64,000 nucleotides of DNA from the human T2T-CHM13v2.0 reference genome, Homo sapiens. Under the pieces are notes generated by a model. It saw only the letters and a list, made by a program, of their open reading frames with translations. It did no database searches and had not been told where the DNA came from. Positions 53,287 through 64,000 of this stretch are shown here, in pieces (position 1 is the first letter of the stretch; every line of letters starts with the position of its first letter). A program made the position numbers and the translations under genes. The stretch is from the NCBI RefSeq assembly GCF_009914755.1, contig NC_060941.1. One strand, 5' to 3'.

Positions 53287-56200
53287 AAAAACTGCACAGA
53301 AGCATTCTCAGAAACTTCCTCATGACGTTTGCTTTCAACTCACAGAGTTGAACCGTAATTTTCCTACAGCAGTTTTGAAACACTCTTGTTGTAGAATTTG
53401 CATGTGGTTACATTGACCGCTATGAGGCCTTCGTTGGAAACGGGATAACTTCCCATAAAATCTAGACAAAAGCATTCACAGAAACTTCTTTGTGATGTGT
53501 GCATCCAACTCACAAATTTGAACCTTTCTTTTGATAGACCAATTTTGAAACACTCTTTTTGTAGAATCTGCAAGTGGACTTTTGGAGCGTTTGGAGGTCT
53601 GTGGTGAAAATGGAAATATCATCACATAAAAACTACACAGAAGCATTCTCAGAAACTTCTTTGGCATTTTTGCTTTCAACTCACAGAGTTGAACATTCCT
53701 TTTCATAGAGCAGTTTTCAAACACTCTTTTTGTCGAATTTGCAAGTGTATATTTGGACCAATTTAAGGCCATCGTTGGAAACGGAATATATTCACATTAA
53801 AATCAGACAGAAGCATTCTCAGAAACATCTTTGTGATGGTGAAAAGGAAATATCTTCACATAAATACTGCACAGAAGCATTCTCAGAAACTTCTATGTGC
53901 TGTTTGCTTTCAACTCAGAGTTTTGAACATTCCTTTTCAGAGAGCAGTTTTGAAACTCTCTTTTTGTGGAATTTGCAAGTCGATATTTTTACCAGTTTGG
54001 GGCCTTCGTTGGAAACGGAATACCTTCACATAAAAACTAGACAGAATAATTGACAGGAACCTCTTTGTGATGTATGCATTCAGCTCACAGAATTTAACTT
54101 TTCTTTTGATAGAGCAGTTTTGAAAGACTCTTTGTAGAATCTGCAAGTGGACATATGGAGCACTTTGGGGCCAGTGTAGAAAAACGAATTCTTTTCACAT
54201 AAAAAGTAGACAGAGGCATTCTCAGAAACTTCTTTTGGAAGTGGGCATTCAACTCACAGAGTTGAACCTTTCTTTTCATAGAGCAGATTTGAAACATCCT
54301 TTCTGTTGAATTTGCAAGTGGATACTTGGACGGCATAGAGTCCTTCATTGGAAACGGGGTATCTTCAAATCAAAACTATACAGAATCTTTCTCAGAAACT
54401 TCTTTGCAATGTGTTCATTCGACTCACAGAGATGAACTTTTTTTTTTGATTGAGCAGTTTTGAAACACTCTTTTTGTAGAATCTGCAAGTGGACATTTGG
54501 AGTGCTTTGGGGCCTATGGTGGAAAAGGAAATATCTTCACATAAAAACTAGACAAAAGGATTCTCAGAAACTTCTTTGTGATTAGTGCATTCAACTCACA
54601 GAGTTGAATCTTTCTTTTGATAGAGCAGTTTTGAAACACTCTTTTTGTAGAATTTGCATATGGTTATATTGACCACTTTGAGGCCTTCGTTGGAAATGGG
54701 ATATCTTCAAATCAAAACTATACAGAAGCATTCTCAGAAACTTCTTTGTAATGTGTTCATTCAGCTCACAGGGATGAACCTTTCTTTTGATTGAGCAATT
54801 TTGAAACACTCTTTTTGTAGAATCTGCCAGTGGACTTTTGGAGCCCTTTGGGTCCTAAGGTGAAAAAGAAAATATCTTCACATAAAAACTAGACAGAAGG
54901 ATTCTCAGAAACTTCTTTGTGATGAGTGCATTCAACTCAGAGAGTTGAATCTTTGTTTTGATAGAGCAGTTTTGAAACACTCTTTTTGTAGGATTTGCTT
55001 GTGGTTATATTGACCGCTTTGAGGCCTTCGTTGGAAACGGAATATCTTCACATAAAAACTAGACAGAAGAATTCACAGGAACTTCATTGTGATGTGTGCA
55101 TCCAACTCACATAGTTGAACCTTTCTTTTGATAGAGCAGTTTTGAAATACCCTTTTTGTAGATTCTGCAAATGGACATTTTGAGCGCTTTGAGGCCTGCA
55201 GTGAAAAAGGAAATATCGTCTCATAAAAATTACACAGAAGCATTCTCAGAAACTTCTTGGTGCTGTTTGCTTTCAACTCACAGAGTTGAACATTCCTTTT
55301 CATAGGGTGACTTTGAAACACTCTTTTCATAGAATTTGCAAGTGGATATTTGGACCACTGCAAGGACATCATTGTAAACGATGTATCTTCACATAAAAAC
55401 CAGACAGAAGCATTCTCAGAAACTACTTTGTGATGTGCGCATTCAACTCACAGAGTTGAATCTTTCTTTTGATAGAGCATTTTTGAAATACCCTTTTTGT
55501 AGAATCTGCAAGTGGACATTTTGAGCGCTTTGAGGCCAATAGAGAAAAAGGAAATCTCTTCACATAAAAACTACACAGAAGCATTCTCAGAAACTTCTTT
55601 GTGATGTTTGCGTTCAACTCACAGAGTTGAACTTTCTTTTCATAGAGCAGATTTGAAACACCCTTTCTGTTGAATTTGCAAGTGGATATTTGGACCTCCA
55701 AGAGGCCTTCGTTGGAAACAAGATATCTTCACCTAAAAACCAGACAGAAGCATTCTCAGAAACTTCTTTGTGATGTGTGCATTCAACTCACAGAGATGAA
55801 CCTTTCTTTTGATAGGGCAGTTTGGAAAAACTCTTTTTGTAGAATCTGCATGTGGACATTTGGAGCACTTTGAAGCCTATGATGAAAAAGGAAATCTCTT
55901 CACATAAAAACTAGACAGAAGCATTCTCAGAAACTTCTTTGTGATGAGTGCATTCAACTCACAGAGTTGAATCTTTCATTTATAGAGCAGTATTGAAACA
56001 GTCCTTTTGTAGAATCTGCATGTGTACATTTAGAGTGCTTTGAGGCCTATGGTGAAAAAGGGAATATCTTGATATAAAAACTACACAGAAGTATTCTCAG
56101 AAACTCCTTTGTGATGTGTGCATTCAACACACAGAGTTGAACCTTCGTTTTGATAGAGCAGTTTTGAACCACGCTTTTTGTAGAATCTGCATGTGGACAT

Positions 56201-59200
56201 TTGGAGAGTCAAGGGTCTCTGGTGAAAAAGGAAATATCTTCACTTAAAAACTACATAGAGGCATTCTCAGAAACTTCCTTGTGACGTTTGCTTTCAACTC
56301 ACAGAGTTGAACATTACTTTTCATAGAGCAGTTTTAAAACACTCTTTTTGTAGTGTTTGCTGGTGGATATTTGGAGCTCATTGAGGTCTTCGTTGGAAAC
56401 GGGATATCTTCACATGAAAACCAGACACAAGCATTCACAGAAAGTTATTTGTGATGTGTGCATTCAACTCACAGAGTTGAACCTTTCTTTTGATAGAGCA
56501 GTTTTGAAACACTTTTTTTGTAGGATCTGCAAGTGGACATTTGGAGCGCTTTGAGGCCTATCATGAAAAAGGAGATATCTTCACATAAAAACTGCACAGA
56601 AGAATTCTCAGAAACTTCTTTGTGCTGTTTGCTTTCAACTCACAGAGTTGAACATTCCTTTTCATAGAACAGTTTTGAAACACTTTTTGTGGAATTTGCA
56701 AGTCGATTTTTTTACCACTTTGAAGCCTTTGCTGGAAACGGAATACCTTCAAATAAAAACGAGACAGAACCATTGACAGAAACTTCTTTGTGATGTATGC
56801 GTTCAACTCACAGAGTTGAACCTTTCTTTTGATAGAGCAGTTTTGAAACACTCTTTTTGTAGAATCTGCAAGTGGACATTTTGAGCGCTTTGAGTTCAAT
56901 GGAGAAAAAGGGAATCTCTTCACATAAAAACTACACAGAAGCATTCTCAGAAACTTCTTTGTGATGTGTGCATTCAACTCACAGAGTTGAACCTTTCCTT
57001 TCATACAGCAGATATGAAACACTCTTTCTGGTGAATTTGCAAGTAGGTATTTGGACCGCTTAGAGACCTTCATTCAATACGAGATATCTTCACATAAAAA
57101 CTAGACAGAAGCATTCTCAGAAACTACTTTGTGATGTGTGCATTCAACTCACAGAGATGAACATTTCTGTTGATAGAGCAGTTTTGAAAGAATCTTTTTG
57201 TAGAATCTGCAAGAGGACATTTGGAGCACTTTGAGGCCTTTGGTGAAAAAGGAAATATCTTCACATAAAAACTAGACAGAAGCATTCTCATAAACTTATT
57301 TGTGATGAGTGCACTCAATTAACAGAGTTGAACTTCTTCTTTTGATACAGCAGTTTTGGAACACTCTTTTTGTAGTATCTGCAAGTGGACATTTAGAGTG
57401 CTTTGAGACCTATGGTGAAAAACGGAATATCTTCACATAAAAACTACATAGAAGAATTCTCAGAAACTTCTTTGTGTTGTGTGCATTCCACTCACTGAGT
57501 TGAAACTTTCTTTTGATAGAGCAGTTTTGAAACACTCTTTTTGTAGAATCTGCAAGTGAACATTTGAGTGCTTTGAGGACTGTGGTGAAAAAGGAAATAT
57601 CGTCACATAAAAACTACACAGAAGCATTCTGAGTACCTTCTTTGTGATGCTTGCTTTCAACTCAGAGAGCTGAACATTAATTTTCCTACTGCAGTTTTGA
57701 AACACACTTTTTGAAGAATTTGCACGTGGATAGTTGGACCACCTTGCGGCCTTCGTTGGTAACAGGATATCTTCACATAAAAGGCAGACAGAAGAATTCT
57801 CATAAACTTGTTTCTCATGTGTGAATTCAACTCACAGAGTTGAACATTTTTTTTTGATAGAGCCATATTGAAACAATCTTTTTGTAAAATCTGCAGGTGG
57901 ACATTCGGAGCGCTTTGAGGCCTATGGTGAAAAAGCAAATATCTTCACATAAAAACTGCACAGAAGCATTCTGAGAAACTTCTTTGTGCAGTTTGCTTTC
58001 AACTCACAGAGTTGAACATTCCTTTTCATAGAGCAGTTTGGGAACACTCTTTTTGTGGAATTTGCAAGTCGTTATTTGTACCACTTTGAGGCCTTCATTG
58101 GAAACACTATACCTTCACATAAAAACTAGACAGAATCATTGACAGAGAGTCCTTTGTGATGTATGCGTTCAACTCGCAGAATTGAACCTTTCTTTTGATA
58201 GAGCAGTTTTGCAACACTCTTTTTGTAGAATCTGCAAGTGGACACTTGCAGTGCTTTGTTGCCAATGGAGAAAAATGAAATCTCTTCACATAAAAACTGC
58301 ACAGAAGCATTCACAGAAACTTCTTTGTGATGTGTGCATTCAACTCACAGAGATAAACCTTTCTTTTGATAGACCAGTTTTGAATCACTCTTTTTGTAGA
58401 ATCTGCAAGTGGACATTTGGAGCGCTTTGAGGCCTTTGGTGAAAAAGGAAATATCTTCATATAAAAACTAGAGAGAAACATTGTCAGAAACTTCTATGTG
58501 ATGAGTGGATTCAACTCAAACAGTTGAGTCTTTCTTTTGGTAGAGCAGTTTTGAAATACTCTTTTTGTAGTATCTGCAAGTGGACATTTTGAGTGCTTTG
58601 AGACCTATGATGAAAAAGGGAATATCTTCACATAAAAACTACACAGAAGTATTCTCAGAAACTTCTTTGTGATGTGTGCGTTCAACAGACAGAGTTGAAC
58701 CTTTCTTTTGAGAGAGCAGTTTTGAAACACTCTTTTTGTAGCATCTGCAAGTGAACATTTGGAGAGCTTTGCGGTCTACGGTGAAAAAGGAAATATCTTC
58801 ACTTAAAAATTACACAGAAGCATTCTCAGAAACTTCCTTGTCACGTTTGATTTCACCTCACAGAGTTGAACATTAATTTTCCTCCAGAAGTTTTGAAACA
58901 CTCTTTTTGTAGAATTTGCATGTGGATATTTGGACTACTTTGAGGCTTTCGTTGGAAACAGGCTGTCTTCACATAAAAACTGGACAGAAGCATTCACAGA
59001 AACTTGTTTGTGATGTTTGCATCCAACTCACAGATTTGAACCTTTCTTTTGATAGAGCAGTTTTGAAACACTCTTTTTGTAGAATCTGCAATTGGACATT
59101 TGAGCGCTTTGAGGTCTGTGGTGAAAAAGGAAACATCTTAAAAAAAAACTACACAGAAGCATTCTCAGAAACTTCTTTGTGATGTTTGCTTTCACCTCAC

Positions 59201-62200
59201 AGATTTGAACATTCCTTTTCATAGAGCGGTTTTGAAACACTCATTTTGTAGAATTTGAAAGTGGGTATTTGGACCACTTTGAGACCTTCATTGGAAATGG
59301 GATATCTTCACATAAAAAGCAGACAGAAGCATTCTCAGAAACTTCTTTGTGATGTGTGCATTCAACTCACAGAGGTGAAATTTTCTTTTGATAGAGCAGT
59401 TTTGAAACACTCTTTTTGTAGAATCTGCAAGTGGACATTTGGAGTGCTTTGAGGCCTATGGTGAAAAAGTAAATATCTTCACATAAAAACTGCACAGAAG
59501 CATTCCCAGAAACATCTTTGTGCTGTTTGTTTTCAACTCACAGAGTTGAACAGTACTTTTCATAAGCAGTTTTGAAACACTCTTTTTGTGGAATTTGCAA
59601 GTCGATATTTGTGCCACTTTGGGGTCTTCATTGGAATCGGAATACCTTCATATAAAAACTATACAGAGGCATTGACAGAAACTTCTTTGTAATGTATGTG
59701 TTCAACTCAAAGAGTTGAACCTTTCTTTTGATAGAGCAGTTTTGAACGACTGTTTCTGCAGAATCTGCAAGTGGACATTTGAGCGCTTTGAGGCTTGCAG
59801 TGAAAAAGGAAATATCTTCACATTAAAACTACACAGAAGCATTCTCATTAACTTCTTTGTGATGTTTGCTTTCAACTCACGGAGTTGAAAATTCCTTTTC
59901 ATAGAGCAGTTTTTAAACACTGTTTTTGTTGAATTTGCCAGTGGATATTTGGACCGCTTAGAGGCCTTGGTTGGAAACGAGATATCTTCACATAAAAGCA
60001 TTCTCAGAAACTTCTTTGTCATGTGTGCACTCAACTCACAGAATTGAACGTTTCTTTCGATAGAGCAGCTTTGAAATACCCTTTTTGCAGAATCTCCACG
60101 TGGACATTTGGAGCACTTTAAGGCCAATGGAGAAAAACGAAATCTCTTACAAGGAAATATCTTCACTTAAAAACTACACAGGAGCATTCTCAGAAACTTC
60201 CTTGTGACGCTGACTTTCAACTCACAGAGTTGAACATTAACTTTCCTACAGCAGTTTTGAAACACTTTTTTGTAGAATTTGCAAGTGGACATTTGAGCGA
60301 CTTTGAGGCTATCGTTCGAAACGGGCTATCTTCACATGAAAACTAGATGGAAGCATTCAAAGAAACTTCTTTGTGATGTGTGCATTCAACTCACAGAGTT
60401 GAACCTTTCTTTTGATAGAGCAGATTTGAAACACTCTTTTTGTAGAATCTGCAAGTGGACATTTAGATGCATTGTGGCCAATGGAGAAAAACAAAATCTC
60501 TTCTCATAAAAACTACACAGAAGCATTCTCATAAACTTCTTTGTGATGTTTGCTTTCACCTCACAGAGTTCAACATTCCTTTCATAGAGCAGTTTTGAAA
60601 CACTCTTTTTGTAGAATCTGCAAGTGGATATTTGTACCACTTTGAGGCCTTCGTTGGAAACGGTATATCTTCACATAAAAAGCAGACAGAAGCATTCTCA
60701 GAAACTTCTTTGTGATGTGTACATTCAAGTCACAGAGATGAACATTTCTTTTGATAGAGTAGTTTTGAAACACTCTTTTTGTAGAATCTGCAAGGGGACA
60801 TTTGGAGTGCTTTGAGTCCTTTGGTGAGAAAGGTAATATCTTCACATAAAAACTACACTGAAGTATTCTCAGAAACTTCTATGTGATGTGTTCATTCAAC
60901 TCATGGAGTTGAACCTTTCTTGTGATAGAGCAGTTTTCAAACACTCTTTTTAGAGAATCTGCAAGTGGACACTTTCAGAGCTTTGTGGTCTATGGTGAAA
61001 AAGGAAATATCTTCACTTAAAAACTACACAGAATCGTTGGCAGAAACTTCCTTGTGACGTTTGCTTTCAACTCACAGAGTTGAACATTAATTATCCTATA
61101 GCAGTTTTGAAACACTCTTTTTGTAGAATTTGCATGTGAATATTTGGACCACTTTGAAGCTTTCATTGGTAACGGGATAACTTCACATGAAAACTAGACA
61201 GAAGCATTCACAGAAACTTCTTTGTGATGTGTGCCTCCAACTAACAGAGTGGAACTTTTTTTTTTTACAGTAGTTTTGAAACACTCTTTTTGTAGAATCT
61301 GCAAGGGGACATTTGAGAGCTTTGAGGCCTGTGGTGAAAAAGGAAACATCTTCACATAAAAACTACACAGAAGCATTCTCAGAAACTTCTTTCTGATGTT
61401 TGCTTTCAACTCACAGGGTTGAATATTCCTTTTCATAGAGCAGTTTTGAAACACTCTTTTTGTAGAATTTGCAAGTGGATATTTGGACCACTTTGAGGCC
61501 TTAGTTGGAAACGGGATATCGTCAATAAAAAGCAGACAGAAGCATTATCAGAATCTTCTTTGTGATGTCTGCATTCAACTCACAGAGTTGAACCTTTCTT
61601 TTGATAGAGTCGTTTTGAAACACTCTTTTTGTAGAATCTGAAGTGGGCATTTGGAGTGTTTTGAGGCCTTTGGCGAAAAAGGAAACATCTTCACATAAAA
61701 ACTAGACAGAAGCATTCTCAGAAACTTCTTTGTGATTAATGTATTCAACTCACAGAGTTGAATCTTTCTTTTGATAGAGCAGTTTTGAAACTCTCTTTTT
61801 GTAGAATCTGCTAGTGGACATTTAGAGTGCTTTGAGGCCTACAGTGAAAAAGGGTATATCTTCACATAAAAACTACACAGAAGTGTTCTCAGAAACTTCT
61901 TTGTGAAGTGTGCATTCAACTCACGGAGTTGAACTTTTATTTTGATTGAGCAGTTTTGAAAACCCTTTTTGTAGAATCTCCAAGTGGACATATGAGCGTT
62001 TGAGGCCTGTGGTGAAAAAGGAAATATCTTCACATAAAAACTGCACAGAAGCATTCTGAAAAACTTCTTTGTGATGTTTGCTTTCAACTCACTGAGTTGA
62101 ACATTCGTTTTCATAGAGCAGTTTTGAAATACTATTTTTGTAGAATTTGCAATTGGATATTTGGTCCACTTTGAAGCCTTCGTTGGAAACGGGATACCTT

Positions 62201-64000
62201 CAGATAAACACCAGACAGAAGCATTCTCAGAAACTTCTATTTGATGTGTGTATTCAACTCACAAAGTTGAACCTTTCTTTTGATAGAGCCGTTTTGAAAC
62301 ACTGTTTTTGTAGAATCTGCAAATGGACATTTGGAGCGCTTTGAGGCCTAAGGGGAAAAAGAAATATCTTCACATAAAAACTGCACAGAAGCATTCTCAG
62401 AAACTTCTTTGTGCTCTTTGCTTTCAACTCACAGAGTTGAGCATTCCCTTTCATAGAGCAGTTTTGAAACACTCTTTTTGTAGGATTTGCAAGTGGATAT
62501 TTGGACCACTTTGCGGCCTTCGTTGGAAACGGGATATCTTCACATAAACACCAGACAGAAGCATTCTTAGAAAGTTCTTTTTGATGCGTGCATTCTACTC
62601 ACACAGTTGAACCTTTCATTTGATAGAGCTGTTTTGAAACACTATTTTTGTAGAATCTGCAAGTGGACGTTTGGAGTGTTTTGAGGCCTATGGTGAAAAA
62701 GAAATATCTTCACATAAAAACTACACAGAAGCATTCTCAGAAACTTGTTTTTCCTGCTTGCTTTCAACTCACAGAGTTGAACATTCCTTTTCATAGAGCA
62801 GTTTTGATACACTATTTTTGTGGAATTTGCAAGTCGATATTTGTACCACTTTGAGGCCTTCGTTGGAAACGGAATACCTTCACATAAAAACTAGACAGAA
62901 GCATTGACAGAAACTTCTTTGTGATGTATGCATTCAACACATAGAGTTTAACTTTTCTTTTGATAGAGCAGTTTTGAAAGACTCTTTTTGAAGAATCTGC
63001 AAGTGGACATTTGGAGCCCTTTGAGGACAATGAAGAAAAACGAAATATCTTCATATAAAAACAATACAGAGGCATTCTCAGAAACTTCTTTGTAATGTGT
63101 GCATTCAACTCACAGAGTTGAACCTTTCTTTTCATAGAGGAGATTTGAAAAACTCTTTCTGTTGAATTTGCAAGTGGATTTTTGGACCGCTCAGAGGCCT
63201 TCATTGGAAACGGGATATCTTCACATTTAAAACTAGACAGAAGCATTCTCAGAAACTTTTTTGTGAGGTGTGCATTCAACTCACAGAGATGAACCTTTCT
63301 TTTGATAGAGCAGTTTTGAAGCACTCTTTTTTTAGGATCTTCAAGTGGACATTTTGAGCGCTTTGATGCCTTTGCTGAAAAAGGAAAAATTAGCACAGAA
63401 AAACTAGACAGATGCATTCTCAGAAACTTCTTTGTGATGAGTGCATTCAACTCACAGAGTTGAATCTTTGTTTTGATAGAGCAGTTTTGAAACACTCTTT
63501 TTGTAGAACCTGCAAGTGGACATTTGGAGCGCTTTGAATCCTACGATGAAAAAGGAAATATCTTCACATGATAATTGCATAGAAGCATTCTTAGAAACTT
63601 CTCTGTGCTGTTTGCTTTCAACTCACAGAGTTGAACATTCCTTTTCATAGAGCAGATTTGAAACACTCTTTTTGTGGAATTTGCTAGTCGATATTTGTAC
63701 CACTTTGAGGCCACTGTTGGAAATGGAATACCTTCACATAAAAACTAGATAGAAGCTTTGAGAGAAATTTCTTTGTAATGTGTGCATTCAACTCACAGAG
63801 TTGAACCTTTCTTTTGATAGAGCAGTTTTGAAAGACTCTTTTTGTAGAATCTGCAAATGGACATTTGGAGCGCTTTGAGGCCAATGGAGGAAAATCAAAT
63901 CTCTTCACATAAAAACTATATAGAAGCATTCTCAGAAACTTTTTGTGATGTGTGCATTCAACTCACTGAGTTGAACCTTTCTTTTCATAGAGCAGATTTG

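Noticed and set aside
62812-63495. Longest satellite ORF (227 aa, minus strand)
   Set aside because: It is four in-phase monomers that lack stops by chance, with the same 57-aa pseudo-repeat seen elsewhere.

Overview
This window is great-ape/human centromeric alpha-satellite (~171-bp monomers, all in one orientation) captured at the edge of an array, and it contains no genes. Five layers run left to right. (1) 1-~35,261: about 14.8 near-identical copies of a 2,382-bp 14-monomer higher-order repeat (HOR) of the pentameric SF3 (W1-W5) type, resembling the chromosome-17 D17Z1/D17Z1-B family, with 3 intact CENP-B boxes per unit. (2) ~35,262-39,700: an abrupt in-register switch to about 2 copies of a diverged 2,380-bp sister 14-mer. 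(3) ~39,700-43,350: rearranged copies of that HOR with hybrid monomers. (4) ~43,350-49,050: an older ~1.69-kb 10-mer relic HOR (about 3 copies) that decays into irregular monomers. (5) 51,457-64,000: irregular R1/R2 (SF5-like) monomeric satellite. Two L1-mobilised insertions interrupt the satellite. One is a full-length SVA (49,051-51,441) with a target-site duplication (TSD) and ~115 bp of 5'-transduced unique sequence. The other is a ~1-kb 5'-truncated young L1PA (52,299-53,286). All supplied ORFs are satellite or SVA artefacts except the L1 ORF2 C-terminal remnant. I found no credible new protein-coding system. The notable signals are structural and evolutionary: a 9,528-bp four-HOR duplication, a sharp HOR junction, CENP-B box loss in the young HOR, and the SVA 5' transduction. 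All comparisons were made by eye and need alignment to confirm.
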